NCBI GenBank assembly: GCA_965214605.1
Contig: OZ243961.1
Location: 544,001 to 608,000, forward strand
Length of the DNA stretch: 64,000 bases
Origin: an uncultured Candidatus Binatia bacterium
GTDB taxonomy: Bacteria; Desulfobacterota; Binatia; Bin18
Direction of reading: 5' to 3'
Made by a program: the position numbers and the translations under genes. The notes under the pieces are model-generated. The model did not search any database and was not told the DNA's origin. It saw nothing but the letters and a program-made list of their open reading frames with translations. Within the stretch, counting starts at the first letter, position 1, and each line of letters starts with the position of its first letter. Of this stretch, positions 10,466 through 21,435 are shown piece after piece.

Positions 10466-11548
10466 ATGAGCGAGGCAAGCAATTTAGGTCACAAATTAAT
10501 CGAAGTTGAAAAGCGCTATCAAACGCTTGAGCAGCAACTCAGTGCATCTGAGGTTATCGCCAACACGAACAAATACGCCAAGCTGGCCAAGGAACATGCC
10601 GACCTGGGACGGGTAGTGACGTGTTTTCGCCAGTGGCGCAAAATAGACCAAGAGATACAAGGTAGCCAAGGCCTGCTCAATGATCCTGATCCAGATGTCC
10701 GAGCTCTGGCCAGAGAAGAGCTCGTTACCCTGCACCAGGACTACGCCGCCCTTGAGCAACAGCTGCGCCTCTTGCTGCTTCCCAAAGATCCGCTGGATGA
10801 AAAAAATGTGCTGTTAGAAATCCGGGCCGGCACCGGTGGCGAAGAGGCAAGCTTGTTTGCCGCCGACCTATGTCGGATGTATACCCGCTACGCCGAACAA
10901 AAAAACTGGCGGATGGAAGTGATGAGTTCAAACCCAACCGGTCTGGGTGGATTCAAGGAAATCGTCACCCTGATTGAGGGCGACGGAGCCTATAGTCGGC
11001 TGAAGTTTGAGGGCGGGGTCCATCGCGTCCAACGTATTCCAGAAACAGAAGCTTCGGGTCGGATTCATACCTCAGCTGTAACGGTGGCCGTTTTACCCGA
11101 GGCCGAGGATGTTGATGTCCACATTGATGAGAAAGATTTACGTATCGACGTGTATCGGTCCTCCGGTCCGGGTGGTCAGAGCGTCAACACCACAGACTCG
11201 GCCGTCCGTATCACCCACCTCCCCACCAACTCGGTGGTGATCTGTCAGGACGAAAAATCCCAACACAAGAACAAAGCCAAAGCGCTCAAAATCCTGCGCT
11301 CTCGACTGTTGGAAAAAGCACGCGAAGAGCAGCACCAAGAGATCGCCGCCTCGCGCCGCAGCATGGTCGGCTCGGGCGATCGCTCAGAACGGATTCGGAC
11401 GTATAATTTTCCACAGTCGCGGCTGACCGATCACCGAATTAACCTGACCCTCCATACCCTTGAACGAGTTTTAGAAGGCGAGCTTGATCCGATCGTGAAT
11501 GCCCTCACGACGTCCTATCAGGCGGAGGCGCTCAAAGCCGTCAGCTAA
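10466..11548 (+). CDS. prfA: Peptide chain release factor 1
   Basis: GGQ motif, [11 protein letters not shown] (PxT anticodon), [12 protein letters not shown]. Confidence 0.97.
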   Translation: MSEASNLGHKLIEVEKRYQTLEQQLSASEVIANTNKYAKLAKEHADLGRVVTCFRQWRKIDQEIQGSQGLLNDPDPDVRALAREELVTLHQDYAALEQQLRLLLLPKDPLDEKNVLLEIRAGTGGEEASLFAADLCRMYTRYAEQKNWRMEVMSSNPTGLGGFKEIVTLIEGDGAYSRLKFEGGVHRVQRIPETEASGRIHTSAVTVAVLPEAEDVDVHIDEKDLRIDVYRSSGPGGQSVNTTDSAVRITHLPTNSVVICQDEKSQHKNKAKALKILRSRLLEKAREEQHQEIAASRRSMVGSGDRSERIRTYNFPQSRLTDHRINLTLHTLERVLEGELDPIVNALTTSYQAEALKAVS

Positions 11549-11567
11549 GCCGAAGACGCCCCACCTC

Positions 11568-12443
11568 ATGACAGCAACACCCTTGTGGGATTCTTCACTG
11601 GCCGCCCTTCTGTCGCAAGCGACCGCTTTCCTGGCCGGGCATCACATTCCAACCCCGCGCCTCGACGCCGAGGTGTTGCTCGTCCATGTGATAGGTGGGA
11701 GTAAAACGGAGCTGTACGGGCGTTTGCGCACCGCGCTCGCTCCTCACCAGTGCAAGGCCTTCTGGCAGACAATCAGACGTCGCGCCCGGCGCGAGCCACT
11801 GCCGTATATTACCGGCGTTCAGGAGTTCTGGTCGCTCGAGTTCAGCGTGAACCACCACGTGCTCATTCCACGTCCCGAAACCGAGTTGGTGGTTGAGGTC
11901 GTCCTAGACGTGCTGGGCTCTTTTGCCGCGCCTCGGATCCTCGACCTGGGCACCGGCAGCGCGTGTCTTGCGGTTGCGCTTGCCACCCAGCGGCCGCAGG
12001 CTCGACTGTGGGCTTGCGATGTGTCTGCCGAGGCGCTGATGATAGCGCGCACCAATGCGCTCCATCATCGGGTGGCCGACCGGATCTCCTTTATGCAGGC
12101 TGATATGCGGGAGCGGCTTGCTAGCCCGTCGAGCTTTGACCTGATTGTCACCAATCCTCCCTATATCGCCGAGCCTGACTTCGCCACCCTCCAGGCCGAA
12201 GTCCGCGACTGGGAACCACGCCTGGCACTCAATGGGGGGAGGGATGGGCTAGATTTTTACCGCTGCTTGCTGCAAGACTGTCCGGTACAACTGCGGCGTG
12301 GGGGATGGCTCGTAATGGAGATCGGTGCCAGCCAGAGCGAGGCCGTCATGCATATGGCAAGAAGCCAAGACAGTCTGGGCGGCTGTAAGCTCAGCTACGA
12401 CTATGCTGGCCGGCCGCGCGTTGTTACCGTTCGCCGACAATAA
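11568..12443 (+). CDS. prmC: Release factor glutamine methyltransferase
   Basis: LIPRPETE, DLGTGS, NPPY; directly after prfA. Confidence 0.96.
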   Translation: MTATPLWDSSLAALLSQATAFLAGHHIPTPRLDAEVLLVHVIGGSKTELYGRLRTALAPHQCKAFWQTIRRRARREPLPYITGVQEFWSLEFSVNHHVLIPRPETELVVEVVLDVLGSFAAPRILDLGTGSACLAVALATQRPQARLWACDVSAEALMIARTNALHHRVADRISFMQADMRERLASPSSFDLIVTNPPYIAEPDFATLQAEVRDWEPRLALNGGRDGLDFYRCLLQDCPVQLRRGGWLVMEIGASQSEAVMHMARSQDSLGGCKLSYDYAGRPRVVTVRRQ

Positions 12444-12487
12444 GCGCTTAGACGAACCCGGTCGAGAGGCGATGATGGGGGGAGGCG

Positions 12488-13786
12488 ATGGATAAGATGA
12501 TTATACGCGGAGGTCGGCCTCTCCACGGAGAGATTGAGGTCAGCGGATCGAAGAACGCAGCCCTGCCCTTTTTATTTGCCAGCCTGCTCACTGAGGAAGA
12601 GTGCCGGTTCACCAACATGCCCCGGGTGGTCGATATTCGGACCGCTCTGCACCTCTTGACCGAGATGGGGATCGCGGTGCAGTGGCGAGGCGACAACGAG
12701 GTTGCGCTGAGGGCTCAATCGGTTCAACACCTCGAAGCCCCGTACGAGCTGGTCAAGACTATGCGCGCCTCTTTTCTGGTCTTGGGTCCGATACTGGCGC
12801 GTTTTGGCCGGGCCAGAGTTTCAACACCCGGTGGTTGCGCCATTGGTACCCGGCCGGTTGATGTCCACCTGGCTGGTCTGCAACAGCTCGGAGCCACGAT
12901 CCGTCTGCAAGAAGGCTATGTTGAGGCCACGGCCAGCCGCCTGTGTGGCGCCCGGATCAGCCTGGATTTTCCGTCTGTTGGAGCTACTGAAAATCTCATG
13001 ATGGCGGCCACCCTGGCCGATGGCCCAAGCCAGATCGAAAACGCCGCCTGCGAGCCCGAAATTGTCGAATTGCAAGCTCTACTGAACGCGATGGGCGCGC
13101 GGGTCAGCGGTGCCGGAGGGCCGGTCATTCAGATTGACGGCGTGGCCTCGCTGCACGGTGCCGAGCGTGAGGTCATTCCAGACCGGGTCGAGGCCGGCAC
13201 CTTCCTGATCGCTGGGGCTATGACCTCGGGCCAGGTGTTTGTCCGCGGCGCGCGGACCGATCACCTTGACGCCTTTGTCCAAAAACTCCTGGCGGCAGGG
13301 GTCGAGCTGGAGACCCAGAGGGACGGTATTGCAGTCACCGGAGTCGGCCGGCCGAGCCAGGTCGATGTCATCACCTGGCCCTACCCCGGCTTCCCAACCG
13401 ACTTGCAGGCCCAGATGATGGCCCTGCTCACGCTTGGCGATGGTCGTAGCCTGATTACCGAGACTGTATTTGAAAATCGCTTCATGCACGTCCAGGAGCT
13501 GGCCCGTTTAGGGGCGGATATCCACATTCGCCATAACACCGCGGCGGTCAACGGCGTCGCGTTCCTGAGCGGCGCGCCGGTTATGGCAACCGATCTGCGG
13601 GCCAGCGTCTCTCTTATTCTGGCCGGCCTGGCGGCCCAGGGAAAGACTGAAGTCTCTCGCGTCTACCACCTGGACCGGGGCTATGAGCGTATTGAAGAAA
13701 AACTGTCGCAGCTAGGGGCGGATATTCGGCGGGTAGCGGCTAAAAAAGACGGGACCACGCAAGAGCTGAGACGCACAGTCCAATGA
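12488..13786 (+). CDS. murA: UDP-N-acetylglucosamine 1-carboxyvinyltransferase
   Basis: GSKNAALP, PGGCAIGTRP (active-site Cys), PGFPTDLQAQ, HLDRGYE. Confidence 0.97.
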   Translation: MDKMIIRGGRPLHGEIEVSGSKNAALPFLFASLLTEEECRFTNMPRVVDIRTALHLLTEMGIAVQWRGDNEVALRAQSVQHLEAPYELVKTMRASFLVLGPILARFGRARVSTPGGCAIGTRPVDVHLAGLQQLGATIRLQEGYVEATASRLCGARISLDFPSVGATENLMMAATLADGPSQIENAACEPEIVELQALLNAMGARVSGAGGPVIQIDGVASLHGAEREVIPDRVEAGTFLIAGAMTSGQVFVRGARTDHLDAFVQKLLAAGVELETQRDGIAVTGVGRPSQVDVITWPYPGFPTDLQAQMMALLTLGDGRSLITETVFENRFMHVQELARLGADIHIRHNTAAVNGVAFLSGAPVMATDLRASVSLILAGLAAQGKTEVSRVYHLDRGYERIEEKLSQLGADIRRVAAKKDGTTQELRRTVQ

Positions 13787-15174
13787 CGGTTCCCCTACTC
13801 AACACATCTGATCCGGCCTGCGCACGCCGTCTAGACAGCCTGTTCACCAGGGGTGAACAGGCTAGCGATCGGGTTGAAGCCGAGGTCCGGGCGATTTTAC
13901 AAGACGTCAAACGCCAGGGAGACCGGGCACTGATCGCCGCCACCAAAAAGTTCGATCGGGTCCGTCTACGCCGTGACACCTTGCGTGTCACCGATCGGGA
14001 ACTTGACGCGGCGCTAGCTGGCCTGCCACGGTCCGAACGGACCGCCCTGCAGACCGCTGCCCGACGGATTGGCGCTTTTCACCGCAAACAGCGCCAATCC
14101 TCATGGCACTACACGGACCGGCTGGGCGTTGGCCTGGGACAGAAAATTACCCCGCTGGAACGGGTCGGCGTGTATGTTCCGGGCGGCAAAGCCGCCTACC
14201 CGTCTTCTGTGCTGATGAATATCATTCCGGCCAAAGTCGCTGGAGTAGAAGAAGTCGTGGTGGTCTCCCCGCCCTCAGCAGACGGCGAGCACTCAGGTCC
14301 GCAACCAGGCGTGCTGGCCGCGGCTCGTCTGGCCGGGGCCGATACGGTGTTTCGGCTGGGCGGTGCTCAGGCCATTGCCGCCTTAGCCTACGGAACCCAG
14401 AGCGTTCCCCGTGTGGATAAGATTGTCGGGCCAGGCAATATTTTTGTCGCCACGGCCAAGCGGCTGGTCTACGGTCAGGTTGATATTGATAGCGTGGCGG
14501 GTCCAAGTGAGATTCTGGTGATTGCCGATAGCACGGCCTCAGCCAGCTATATTGCGGCCGATATGCTGTCCCAGGCCGAGCATGACGAAATGGCAGCCCC
14601 GCTGTGTCTGACCACCTCGACACGGCTAGCTGAAGCTGTCGTCGAGGCGCTGAAAGGCCAATTGGCCACGCTCGCCCGCCGTACGATTGCTGCCGCATCG
14701 CTCAAGCGCTATGGAGCGGTGATCGTCGCTCGCGATCGAGCTGAGGTCGTGCGGCTGGCCAATGCCTTAGCCCCCGAACACGTTGAGCTCTTGGTCAAAA
14801 ATCCACGTTCGTGGCTGAAAGATATCCGCCACGCTGGCGCCATCTTTGTGGGTGCCTTGTCTACCGAGCCCTTTGGCGACTATATTGCTGGGCCAAACCA
14901 CATCCTGCCGACTGGGGGAACGGCACGGTTTTTCTCCCCGCTCGGCGTGTACGATTTTCTCAAGCGAACCAGTATTATCGAGGCATCGGCTCCGGCGTTG
15001 CGTAAGCTTGGTCCGCACGTTATGCGTCTGGCCGCCATGGAGGGGCTAGAGGCCCATGCTCGGGCAATTGCCTATCGTCTCAACGGAGGCCACTATGACA
15101 CGGCCAGCAACACCCTACAGCCAAGAAAGAGCACCACGCGCGACAACCCTGCATCGCGAAACAAACGAAACTGA
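13783..15174 (+). CDS. hisD: Histidinol dehydrogenase
   Basis: GVYVPGG, KIVGPGN, AGPSE, QAEH, APEH, GDYIAGPNHILPT. Confidence 0.97.
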   Translation: MTVPLLNTSDPACARRLDSLFTRGEQASDRVEAEVRAILQDVKRQGDRALIAATKKFDRVRLRRDTLRVTDRELDAALAGLPRSERTALQTAARRIGAFHRKQRQSSWHYTDRLGVGLGQKITPLERVGVYVPGGKAAYPSSVLMNIIPAKVAGVEEVVVVSPPSADGEHSGPQPGVLAAARLAGADTVFRLGGAQAIAALAYGTQSVPRVDKIVGPGNIFVATAKRLVYGQVDIDSVAGPSEILVIADSTASASYIAADMLSQAEHDEMAAPLCLTTSTRLAEAVVEALKGQLATLARRTIAAASLKRYGAVIVARDRAEVVRLANALAPEHVELLVKNPRSWLKDIRHAGAIFVGALSTEPFGDYIAGPNHILPTGGTARFFSPLGVYDFLKRTSIIEASAPALRKLGPHVMRLAAMEGLEAHARAIAYRLNGGHYDTASNTLQPRKSTTRDNPASRNKRN

Positions 15175-15718
15175 CATTCGGCTCAGTCTTGAGCTTGATG
15201 GGAGCGGTCAGTACCAGGTCACTACCGGCGTGCCCTTTCTCAACCATATGCTGGAATTGTTCACCCGGCATGGATTTTTTGATCTCACACTCCAGGCTAC
15301 GGGCGACGTCGAGATTGATGACCATCATACGGTTGAGGATATCGGACTAGCGCTAGGCGAAGCCTTTCGCATCGCGCTGGGTGACAAACGCGGTATTCGT
15401 CGCTTTGGCGAAGCCAGCGTGCCACTTGACGAAGCCCTAGTGAACTGTGTCGTCGACCTCAGCGGGCGGCCCTTCTTGGCGTATAATCTGTCCGTCCAGC
15501 AGGAACGGATTGGAACGTTTGCGACCGAGCTGATCCACGACTTTTTTCTGGCCTTTAGCAACCAACTCGGCATGAATCTGCACTTCAACATGACCCAGGG
15601 CCGCAATCCGCACCATATTATCGAAGCCGCCTTTAAGGCGTTTGCGCGAGCGCTAGGCAGTGCGGTCGAGTATGACCAGCGCGTAAAAGGGGTGTTATCA
15701 ACGAAAGGGGTGTTGTGA
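15095..15718 (+). CDS. hisB: Imidazoleglycerol-phosphate dehydratase
   Basis: IDDHHTVED and GRNPHHIIEA metal motifs, STKGVL end; GGAGG before ATG 15095. Confidence 0.97.
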   Translation: MTRPATPYSQERAPRATTLHRETNETDIRLSLELDGSGQYQVTTGVPFLNHMLELFTRHGFFDLTLQATGDVEIDDHHTVEDIGLALGEAFRIALGDKRGIRRFGEASVPLDEALVNCVVDLSGRPFLAYNLSVQQERIGTFATELIHDFFLAFSNQLGMNLHFNMTQGRNPHHIIEAAFKAFARALGSAVEYDQRVKGVLSTKGVL

Positions 15719-16028
15719 AGCAGAGTTGATGAGGAGGTCTCAGACGCGGGGCCCTAAGACTCTCTCAGCCGTAGCCTTGCTCAATTGAAGGCTGCCCGCT
15801 CCACCCTGGACCAACAGAGCAGCGCGGTTTCATATATTGAGCTGCACCAAACGGCGCGCTCTCGCGCAGAGTGCGACCGGCGGCAACTTGACGTGGGAGA
15901 AGCCCGCCGAGCCGAACGCTCACAGAGGTCCTAACTGGACTAGTCACGCTCAGGGCCTCACGCCTAGGACCGGCCCAGACGTGAGGGATGTGTTTTTAAC
16001 GCCTTAGAAGAGATTGCATACCCTAAGT

Positions 16029-17102
16029 TCAATCCGGAAAATTGGACATGACTTCTTCCATCAGCATGCGCTGTGAGTTTTCCCAGCCCTCTCGATTCTC
16101 CAGTTGATCAAAGGTCAGGACCAGCAAACAGCCAAACCCGCCGGTGTCTTCAACCATCGCTCCCAGCTTATCGGTAACCGTTCGGGGGGAACCGACCAGC
16201 CATACGTACTCGGCCAGGTATTCCATAGTAACATCGGAATCCGGCACTTCGGGGTGGTGTTTGAACAGGCTGAGCATGCCAAACGACTTGAAGAGTGGCA
16301 GCAAATACTCGCTGTAGACACGGGCCAGCATGCCGTTGAGGGCCTTGTCCTTGGCTTCTTTGTCGGTTTCGGCGATATACACCTCACGCGACACGCGCCA
16401 GTCGCTGCGGGAAGCTCCCCGCCCAGCAGACTCCGCCCCCTCGACAACCGCTTCCCAGTGGGTTTTGAGATAGCCATTGCTCAGCGCGACGCTCATCGGC
16501 ATAAAACCGCTCGCACCACACATCTTGAGGGTGTCCGAGCCAGGCGTCAGACCGGCAATCCCAATCGGTGGATGGGGCTGTTGAAAGGGCTTGATGTGGA
16601 ACTTGAGGGTGTCCAACATCGTGTCAATCCGGTTGACCGTCCAGTAGTTACCTTTAAATTCAAACGGCTCTTCGCTCTCCCACAGTTTGAGAATAATATC
16701 CAAAGCCTCTTTGGTCATACGCCGGTTCTCGCCACCTGCCCCATCGACGTTGAATAGCTTCCAGTCGCTGGGCAGCCCACTCGTCCCCACCCCGAACATA
16801 AACCGTCCCTGGGCGATGTGATCCATAAAGGCGACGCGATGGGCGAGTTCGGCCGGATGGTGATAGGGAAGCAGATGGGCACCTGGACACAGCTTGATAT
16901 TCTGGGTGCGTTGCAAGCCTTGCGCAATCAGCAGATCAGGGGCGGGGTTGGGCTCCCACGGAGCAGTAAAATGCTCACCCAGCCAAGCTTCGTGGAAACC
17001 TAACTTGTCGACCAGTTCCAGATGGTCGAGATCCCACTGGTGACCGTCATAGAAACTTCTTTCGGGCGGATGCGAAGGCATCATAAACACGCCAGCTTTC
17101 AT
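16029..17102 (-). CDS. LLM-class flavin-dependent oxidoreductase
   Basis: WLGEHF, HLLPYHHP, KPFQQPHPPIG; AAGGAGG RBS. Confidence 0.92.
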   Translation of the reverse strand: MKAGVFMMPSHPPERSFYDGHQWDLDHLELVDKLGFHEAWLGEHFTAPWEPNPAPDLLIAQGLQRTQNIKLCPGAHLLPYHHPAELAHRVAFMDHIAQGRFMFGVGTSGLPSDWKLFNVDGAGGENRRMTKEALDIILKLWESEEPFEFKGNYWTVNRIDTMLDTLKFHIKPFQQPHPPIGIAGLTPGSDTLKMCGASGFMPMSVALSNGYLKTHWEAVVEGAESAGRGASRSDWRVSREVYIAETDKEAKDKALNGMLARVYSEYLLPLFKSFGMLSLFKHHPEVPDSDVTMEYLAEYVWLVGSPRTVTDKLGAMVEDTGGFGCLLVLTFDQLENREGWENSQRMLMEEVMSNFPD

Positions 17103-17480
17103 ACGTCCTCCTTAAGAGACACCTTATTTCTTCCTCATAACTTCATCCTGGGCGTCACGCAAGGCCTACCGGAGCCATGCCAGGAAGCTTGCACGGCGTT
17201 TAATGAGGATGCTGCGGGGGACCGGTCGCTGCTCCCCCGCAGAAGAACAGCCTCGAAGCTCGCGATTCGGAAAACAAGCCGGGGGCGCCGGACGACGAGC
17301 ATATCCAGGGGTTGTGTCCGGGGAACCGGGGCGTCAATTGTGCCGGGGCGGAGGAACAGGAACTTTCACTATTACCTGACTCGCCGCTACAAGCTCTACG
17401 CTCTTTAAACTCCGCCGGTTCGCCTGCTGTGTCACTCTAGCCACCTATTGTCTTCACGTCCAAACGGAGGAAACCGTCCC

Positions 17481-18374
17481 ATGCAACGACTCCGCTTCAC
17501 CATCTTGATCCTGACCTTGGCCGGGTGGGTCATTCCCCGATCGTATGGCCCGGCGGTTCACCGTGGCTCCCGGCTCCTTCATCCGGAAATATCGCCGTGT
17601 CCTACACCTAGACGGCAGACGACTACCTCCGTAAGACCTCTCCAACCAGCTCGGTCAAGACGGTCTCGACACCGGGGGCAAAAACCTCTAGCAGCACACC
17701 ATCTGGTTTGATGTCAACTATGGCTTGTTTGAGTCGGCCGCTCTTGATACACGCCTAGGATATGCAGAGAGTCATATGGTTGCCGATCCGATCAAAGAAC
17801 GCAGCCCCAGCGGCCTGGCCGACGTGAGCTTCGGCGTCACCTACCGCCTGCTTGACGAGATGATTAGCGAGAACGAGCTGCTGCCAAGTGTGGTCCTGCG
17901 TCTCGGCGGGCTCATTGGCGGCGACTACGAAACGGGCGCGATCAATTCGCTTGGCGATGGCGGCGACGGGTTCGAGATTTCGGGCTTGGCCGGAAAGTTT
18001 TTCGCCGACTGCTTCGCCCTGTCCGCCGAGCTCGGTTCCCGTAACCGCAATAATGACATCCCGGACAACCTGTTTTTGAGGCTGTCCGGCGGCGTCCTGT
18101 GGAACCGCTTAGGGCTGAGCATCAACTATGAGCGTATCGACACGCCGTGGGGCAGCCTAGATATTGGCTCGGGCGAGTCCCCCGGCGTCTTTATCCCAGC
18201 CCGATTTCCTGAGGTGAAAGAAGAGCTGCAACTCCTCGGTGGCGGTCTCAGCGTCGCACTCACTGACCAGATTACCCTTGGTCTGGCCTATACTGCCGTC
18301 GTTGACGGCCGCACCACTGCCGATTCTGACGTGTTCAGCGTGTCGCTCGGTTACTCCGTTCGACACCTTCTGAG
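17481..18374 (+). pseudogene. Frameshifted outer-membrane beta-barrel protein gene
   Basis: Signal peptide MQRLRFTILILTLAG at 17481, broken frames (SPWLPAPSSGNIAVSYT*, QHTIWFDVNYG) leading into ORF 17725-18411 with alternating beta-strand pattern; removing one base near 18358 gives C-terminus SLGYSFDTF-stop (terminal Phe typical of OMPs). Confidence 0.65.
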
Positions 18375-18432
18375 CAGGGGTGTAACTTCAACGCTGACGT
18401 CGCCCGGATAGCGGGGCTGGGGGAATCACAGG

Positions 18433-20565
18433 GTGAAAGCCACACAAGCCCTCGTATTGATCGTGCTCGTGCTGCTCATTGGCTTGTTCTTTGGCTTTGA
18501 GCTCCAGCGATTTCTGACCATTGAGTACTTCACCGCCCAGCGGGACGCCATTACCGCCTTCCAGACGCAAGCCCCCCTGATCACCGCTGGGACGTTCTTC
18601 ATCCTGTATGTTGCGGTCACAGGTTTGTCCCTGCCCGGTGCAGCCCTACTGACCCTCATCGCCGGGGCGCTCTTCGGCTTCCTGCCGGGTGTAATCCTGG
18701 TGTCATTCGCGAGTTCCTTGGGAGCGACTCTGGCGTTTTCCATGGCCCGTTATCTGTTGCGCGACACCGTACGCTCGCGGTTTGCACGCCAGCTGACCGC
18801 CATTAACCGCGGCATCGAAAAAGACGGCGCCTTCTATCTGTTCGCGCTGCGGCTCGTTCCGGCCTTCCCCTTCTTTGCCATCAACCTGGCCATGTCGGTC
18901 ACACCGCTGTCAACCTGGACCTTCTACTGGGTCAGCCAAGTCGGCATGTTGGCCGGAACGGTCGTCTACGTCAACGCTGGCGCACAGCTGAGCAAAATTA
19001 CATCGCTGACCGGCATCCTCTCGCCGACACTAATCGTCTCGTTCGCCCTGCTCGGCCTCTTTCCGCTGATCGCCAAAAAGACTCTAACCGCCACCAAGTC
19101 ACGCGCGGTATTGCGCCGCTTCAAGAAACCTCAACATTTCGACACCAACCTTGTCGTCATCGGGGCGGGGTCTGGGGGTTTGGTCTGCGCGCTCATCGCT
19201 GCCACGGTCAAGGCCAAGGTGACGTTGATGGAGCGACACCGCATGGGCGGCGACTGCCTGAATACCGGCTGTGTTCCCAGCAAGTCCTTACTGCGTTCGG
19301 CAAAGATATTGAGCTATACAACAAGAGCCAGGGCATATGGTTTCAAGAACGCCAGTGTAGAGTTCGACTTTGCCGATGTCATGGAGCGGGTGCAGCGAAT
19401 CATCACCACAATCGAACCCAAGGATTCCACCGAGCGCTATACCAGCCTGGGAGTGGATTGTGTCATGGGTGACGCCACTATTGTTTCGCCTTACCGCGTC
19501 CGCGTCAACAACCAGGAGATCACCACTCGCAGCATTATCATTGCCACCGGCGGCACCCCGTTCGTGCCGCCCATCCCAGGCCTTGAGGAAGCCGGCTATT
19601 TCACATCGGACACAATCTGGGAGCTGCGCACTCTGCCGCGCCGTCTCGTTATTCTTGGCGGCGGTCCCATCGGCTGTGAGCTGGCACAAGCCTTCTCCCG
19701 CTTTGGATCATCGGTGACGATGGTGGAACGCAACCCGCATCTGTTGATGCGCGAAGATGCTGAAATAAGCGCCTTCGTGCAGGCCCGGTTTACCGCGGAA
19801 GGCATTCGCCTCCTCACCAACCACACCGCCCTGCGTGTCGAGACCATGGACGGTCGCAAGCAGCTGGTCTGCGAACGCGACGGACAAGAAACAACCGTAG
19901 CGTTCGATGCCATTCTGGTCGCGGTCGGACGACGACCGACGACCGCCGGCCTCGGCCTTGAAACACTCGGCCTTGCTCTGGATAAACGGGGAGCCATTGA
20001 GGTTGACGACTACCTGCGGACCAATATCCCCACCATCTATGCCTGTGGCGATGTGGTTGGTTCCTACCAATTTACCCATACCGCGTCCCATCAGGCCTGG
20101 TACGCCACGGTGAACGCCTTGTTCAGTCCCTTTCGGCAGTTCAAGGTCGACTATTCAGTGATCCCCTGGACGACCTTCACCGACCCCGAAGTGGCGCGCG
20201 TCGGCTTGAATGAACAGGACGCTGCGCGACAGGGTACGCCGGTCGAGGTGACGCGTTACGATCTTGACGATCTCGATCGCGCTCTGGCCGACGAGGAGGG
20301 CCGGGGATTTATCAAAGTGTTGACGCCCCCGGGCAAGGATCGGATCCTCGGCGTCACTATTGTCGGCCACCACGCTGGCGAGCTTATGGCGGAGTTCATC
20401 CTAGCGATGAAGTGGGGGCTGGGACTGAAGAAGATCCTGAGCACAATCCACATCTATCCGACGCTGAGCGAAGCGAACAAATATGCGGCAGGCGTCTGGC
20501 GCAGAAACAACGCTCCTGGTAGCCTGCTCGACTGGGTGGAGAAGTTCCACCGCCTGCGCCGCTAG
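18433..20565 (+). CDS. TVP38/VTT (SNARE-associated) membrane domain fused to class I pyridine nucleotide-disulfide oxidoreductase
   Basis: N-terminal LSLPG...LRLVPAFPF VTT motifs; GAGSGG, GGDCLNTGCVPSK redox disulfide, GGGPIGCE, HIYPTLSE. Confidence 0.92.
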   Translation: MKATQALVLIVLVLLIGLFFGFELQRFLTIEYFTAQRDAITAFQTQAPLITAGTFFILYVAVTGLSLPGAALLTLIAGALFGFLPGVILVSFASSLGATLAFSMARYLLRDTVRSRFARQLTAINRGIEKDGAFYLFALRLVPAFPFFAINLAMSVTPLSTWTFYWVSQVGMLAGTVVYVNAGAQLSKITSLTGILSPTLIVSFALLGLFPLIAKKTLTATKSRAVLRRFKKPQHFDTNLVVIGAGSGGLVCALIAATVKAKVTLMERHRMGGDCLNTGCVPSKSLLRSAKILSYTTRARAYGFKNASVEFDFADVMERVQRIITTIEPKDSTERYTSLGVDCVMGDATIVSPYRVRVNNQEITTRSIIIATGGTPFVPPIPGLEEAGYFTSDTIWELRTLPRRLVILGGGPIGCELAQAFSRFGSSVTMVERNPHLLMREDAEISAFVQARFTAEGIRLLTNHTALRVETMDGRKQLVCERDGQETTVAFDAILVAVGRRPTTAGLGLETLGLALDKRGAIEVDDYLRTNIPTIYACGDVVGSYQFTHTASHQAWYATVNALFSPFRQFKVDYSVIPWTTFTDPEVARVGLNEQDAARQGTPVEVTRYDLDDLDRALADEEGRGFIKVLTPPGKDRILGVTIVGHHAGELMAEFILAMKWGLGLKKILSTIHIYPTLSEANKYAAGVWRRNNAPGSLLDWVEKFHRLRR

Positions 20566-20583
20566 GGCCCGTAAGCCCGAGTC

Positions 20584-21435
20584 TCAGGGCTGGTTGAGGC
20601 TCCAGTCGTACTCATAGTCTATTGACCCGCCAAAGTCCTTGAGACGGGCGGCCAGTTCTGCCTCGGCGTACTGTATGAGGTGTTCAAGCACGCCCTTTTC
20701 ACTGTCGCCGAAGTCCTCAACGTACCACTTGTAGATGCTTGATACCAGCAGGAAATCATTGTCCACAAAGTCTACACCTCGGGGATGGTTGACGTAGATG
20801 CGGGCCGCGTCCTCAAGTAGCGTCTCCGTATTGGCTGCAGTAAACGCCGTAGCCGAGAGATTGGGACAGCTATAACTGGCGCAGTTCACGGCATAGTGAA
20901 TCCGGTTATCACGCCAGATGGGCCGCAGGATGCCATGCTCGATGTTGTTCAAGGTTAGGGGCTGGTCGGCGACTCTGGCCTGGACGTCATTCCAGGGACC
21001 GCTGAAGGGGAGCCAGCCCTGGTGAATTTCACGGATGGAGTCCACCGGATAAGCATCCACCACAACCTGTACGGTCAGCGCATTATAGAAGTTGATCCAG
21101 TACGCCTTCTGCTCTGCCCGGGAATAGTGTCTGGGATCAAGGGCTTGCAGGGAGGTGAGATAATCGGCCAGCTTGGCTGTATCCTCCGCAGCAGCCTTGA
21201 GCGCAGCATAGTCAAAGCGGTTGACACCCGAGGGATGAGTTTTGAGGTAGGTGTTCAGAAGGTTCTGCCAGGTGCTGTGGTCGATCTGTTCAGCGTTTGT
21301 CTCAACACTCACATTCCAACCTGATATCATCTCTGACTCGGGCGCAGCAGTGGCACTAGCGGCCGTTAGCGCCAGACCGATCAGACCTAGGATCAGCCGA
21401 GAATATATTCGTATGAACCGGAGCCGCTCCACCAC
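20584..21435 (-). CDS. DUF547 domain protein, exported
   Basis: Signal peptide; AYWINFYNA, LNNIEHGILR, RIHYAVNCASYSCP, YDWSLN. Confidence 0.9.
   Translation of the reverse strand: MVERLRFIRIYSRLILGLIGLALTAASATAAPESEMISGWNVSVETNAEQIDHSTWQNLLNTYLKTHPSGVNRFDYAALKAAAEDTAKLADYLTSLQALDPRHYSRAEQKAYWINFYNALTVQVVVDAYPVDSIREIHQGWLPFSGPWNDVQARVADQPLTLNNIEHGILRPIWRDNRIHYAVNCASYSCPNLSATAFTAANTETLLEDAARIYVNHPRGVDFVDNDFLLVSSIYKWYVEDFGDSEKGVLEHLIQYAEAELAARLKDFGGSIDYEYDWSLNQP

Noticed and set aside
18433-20565. Mercuric reductase (merA) call
   Set aside because: No C-terminal Cys-Cys pair, no NmerA domain, no mer operon genes
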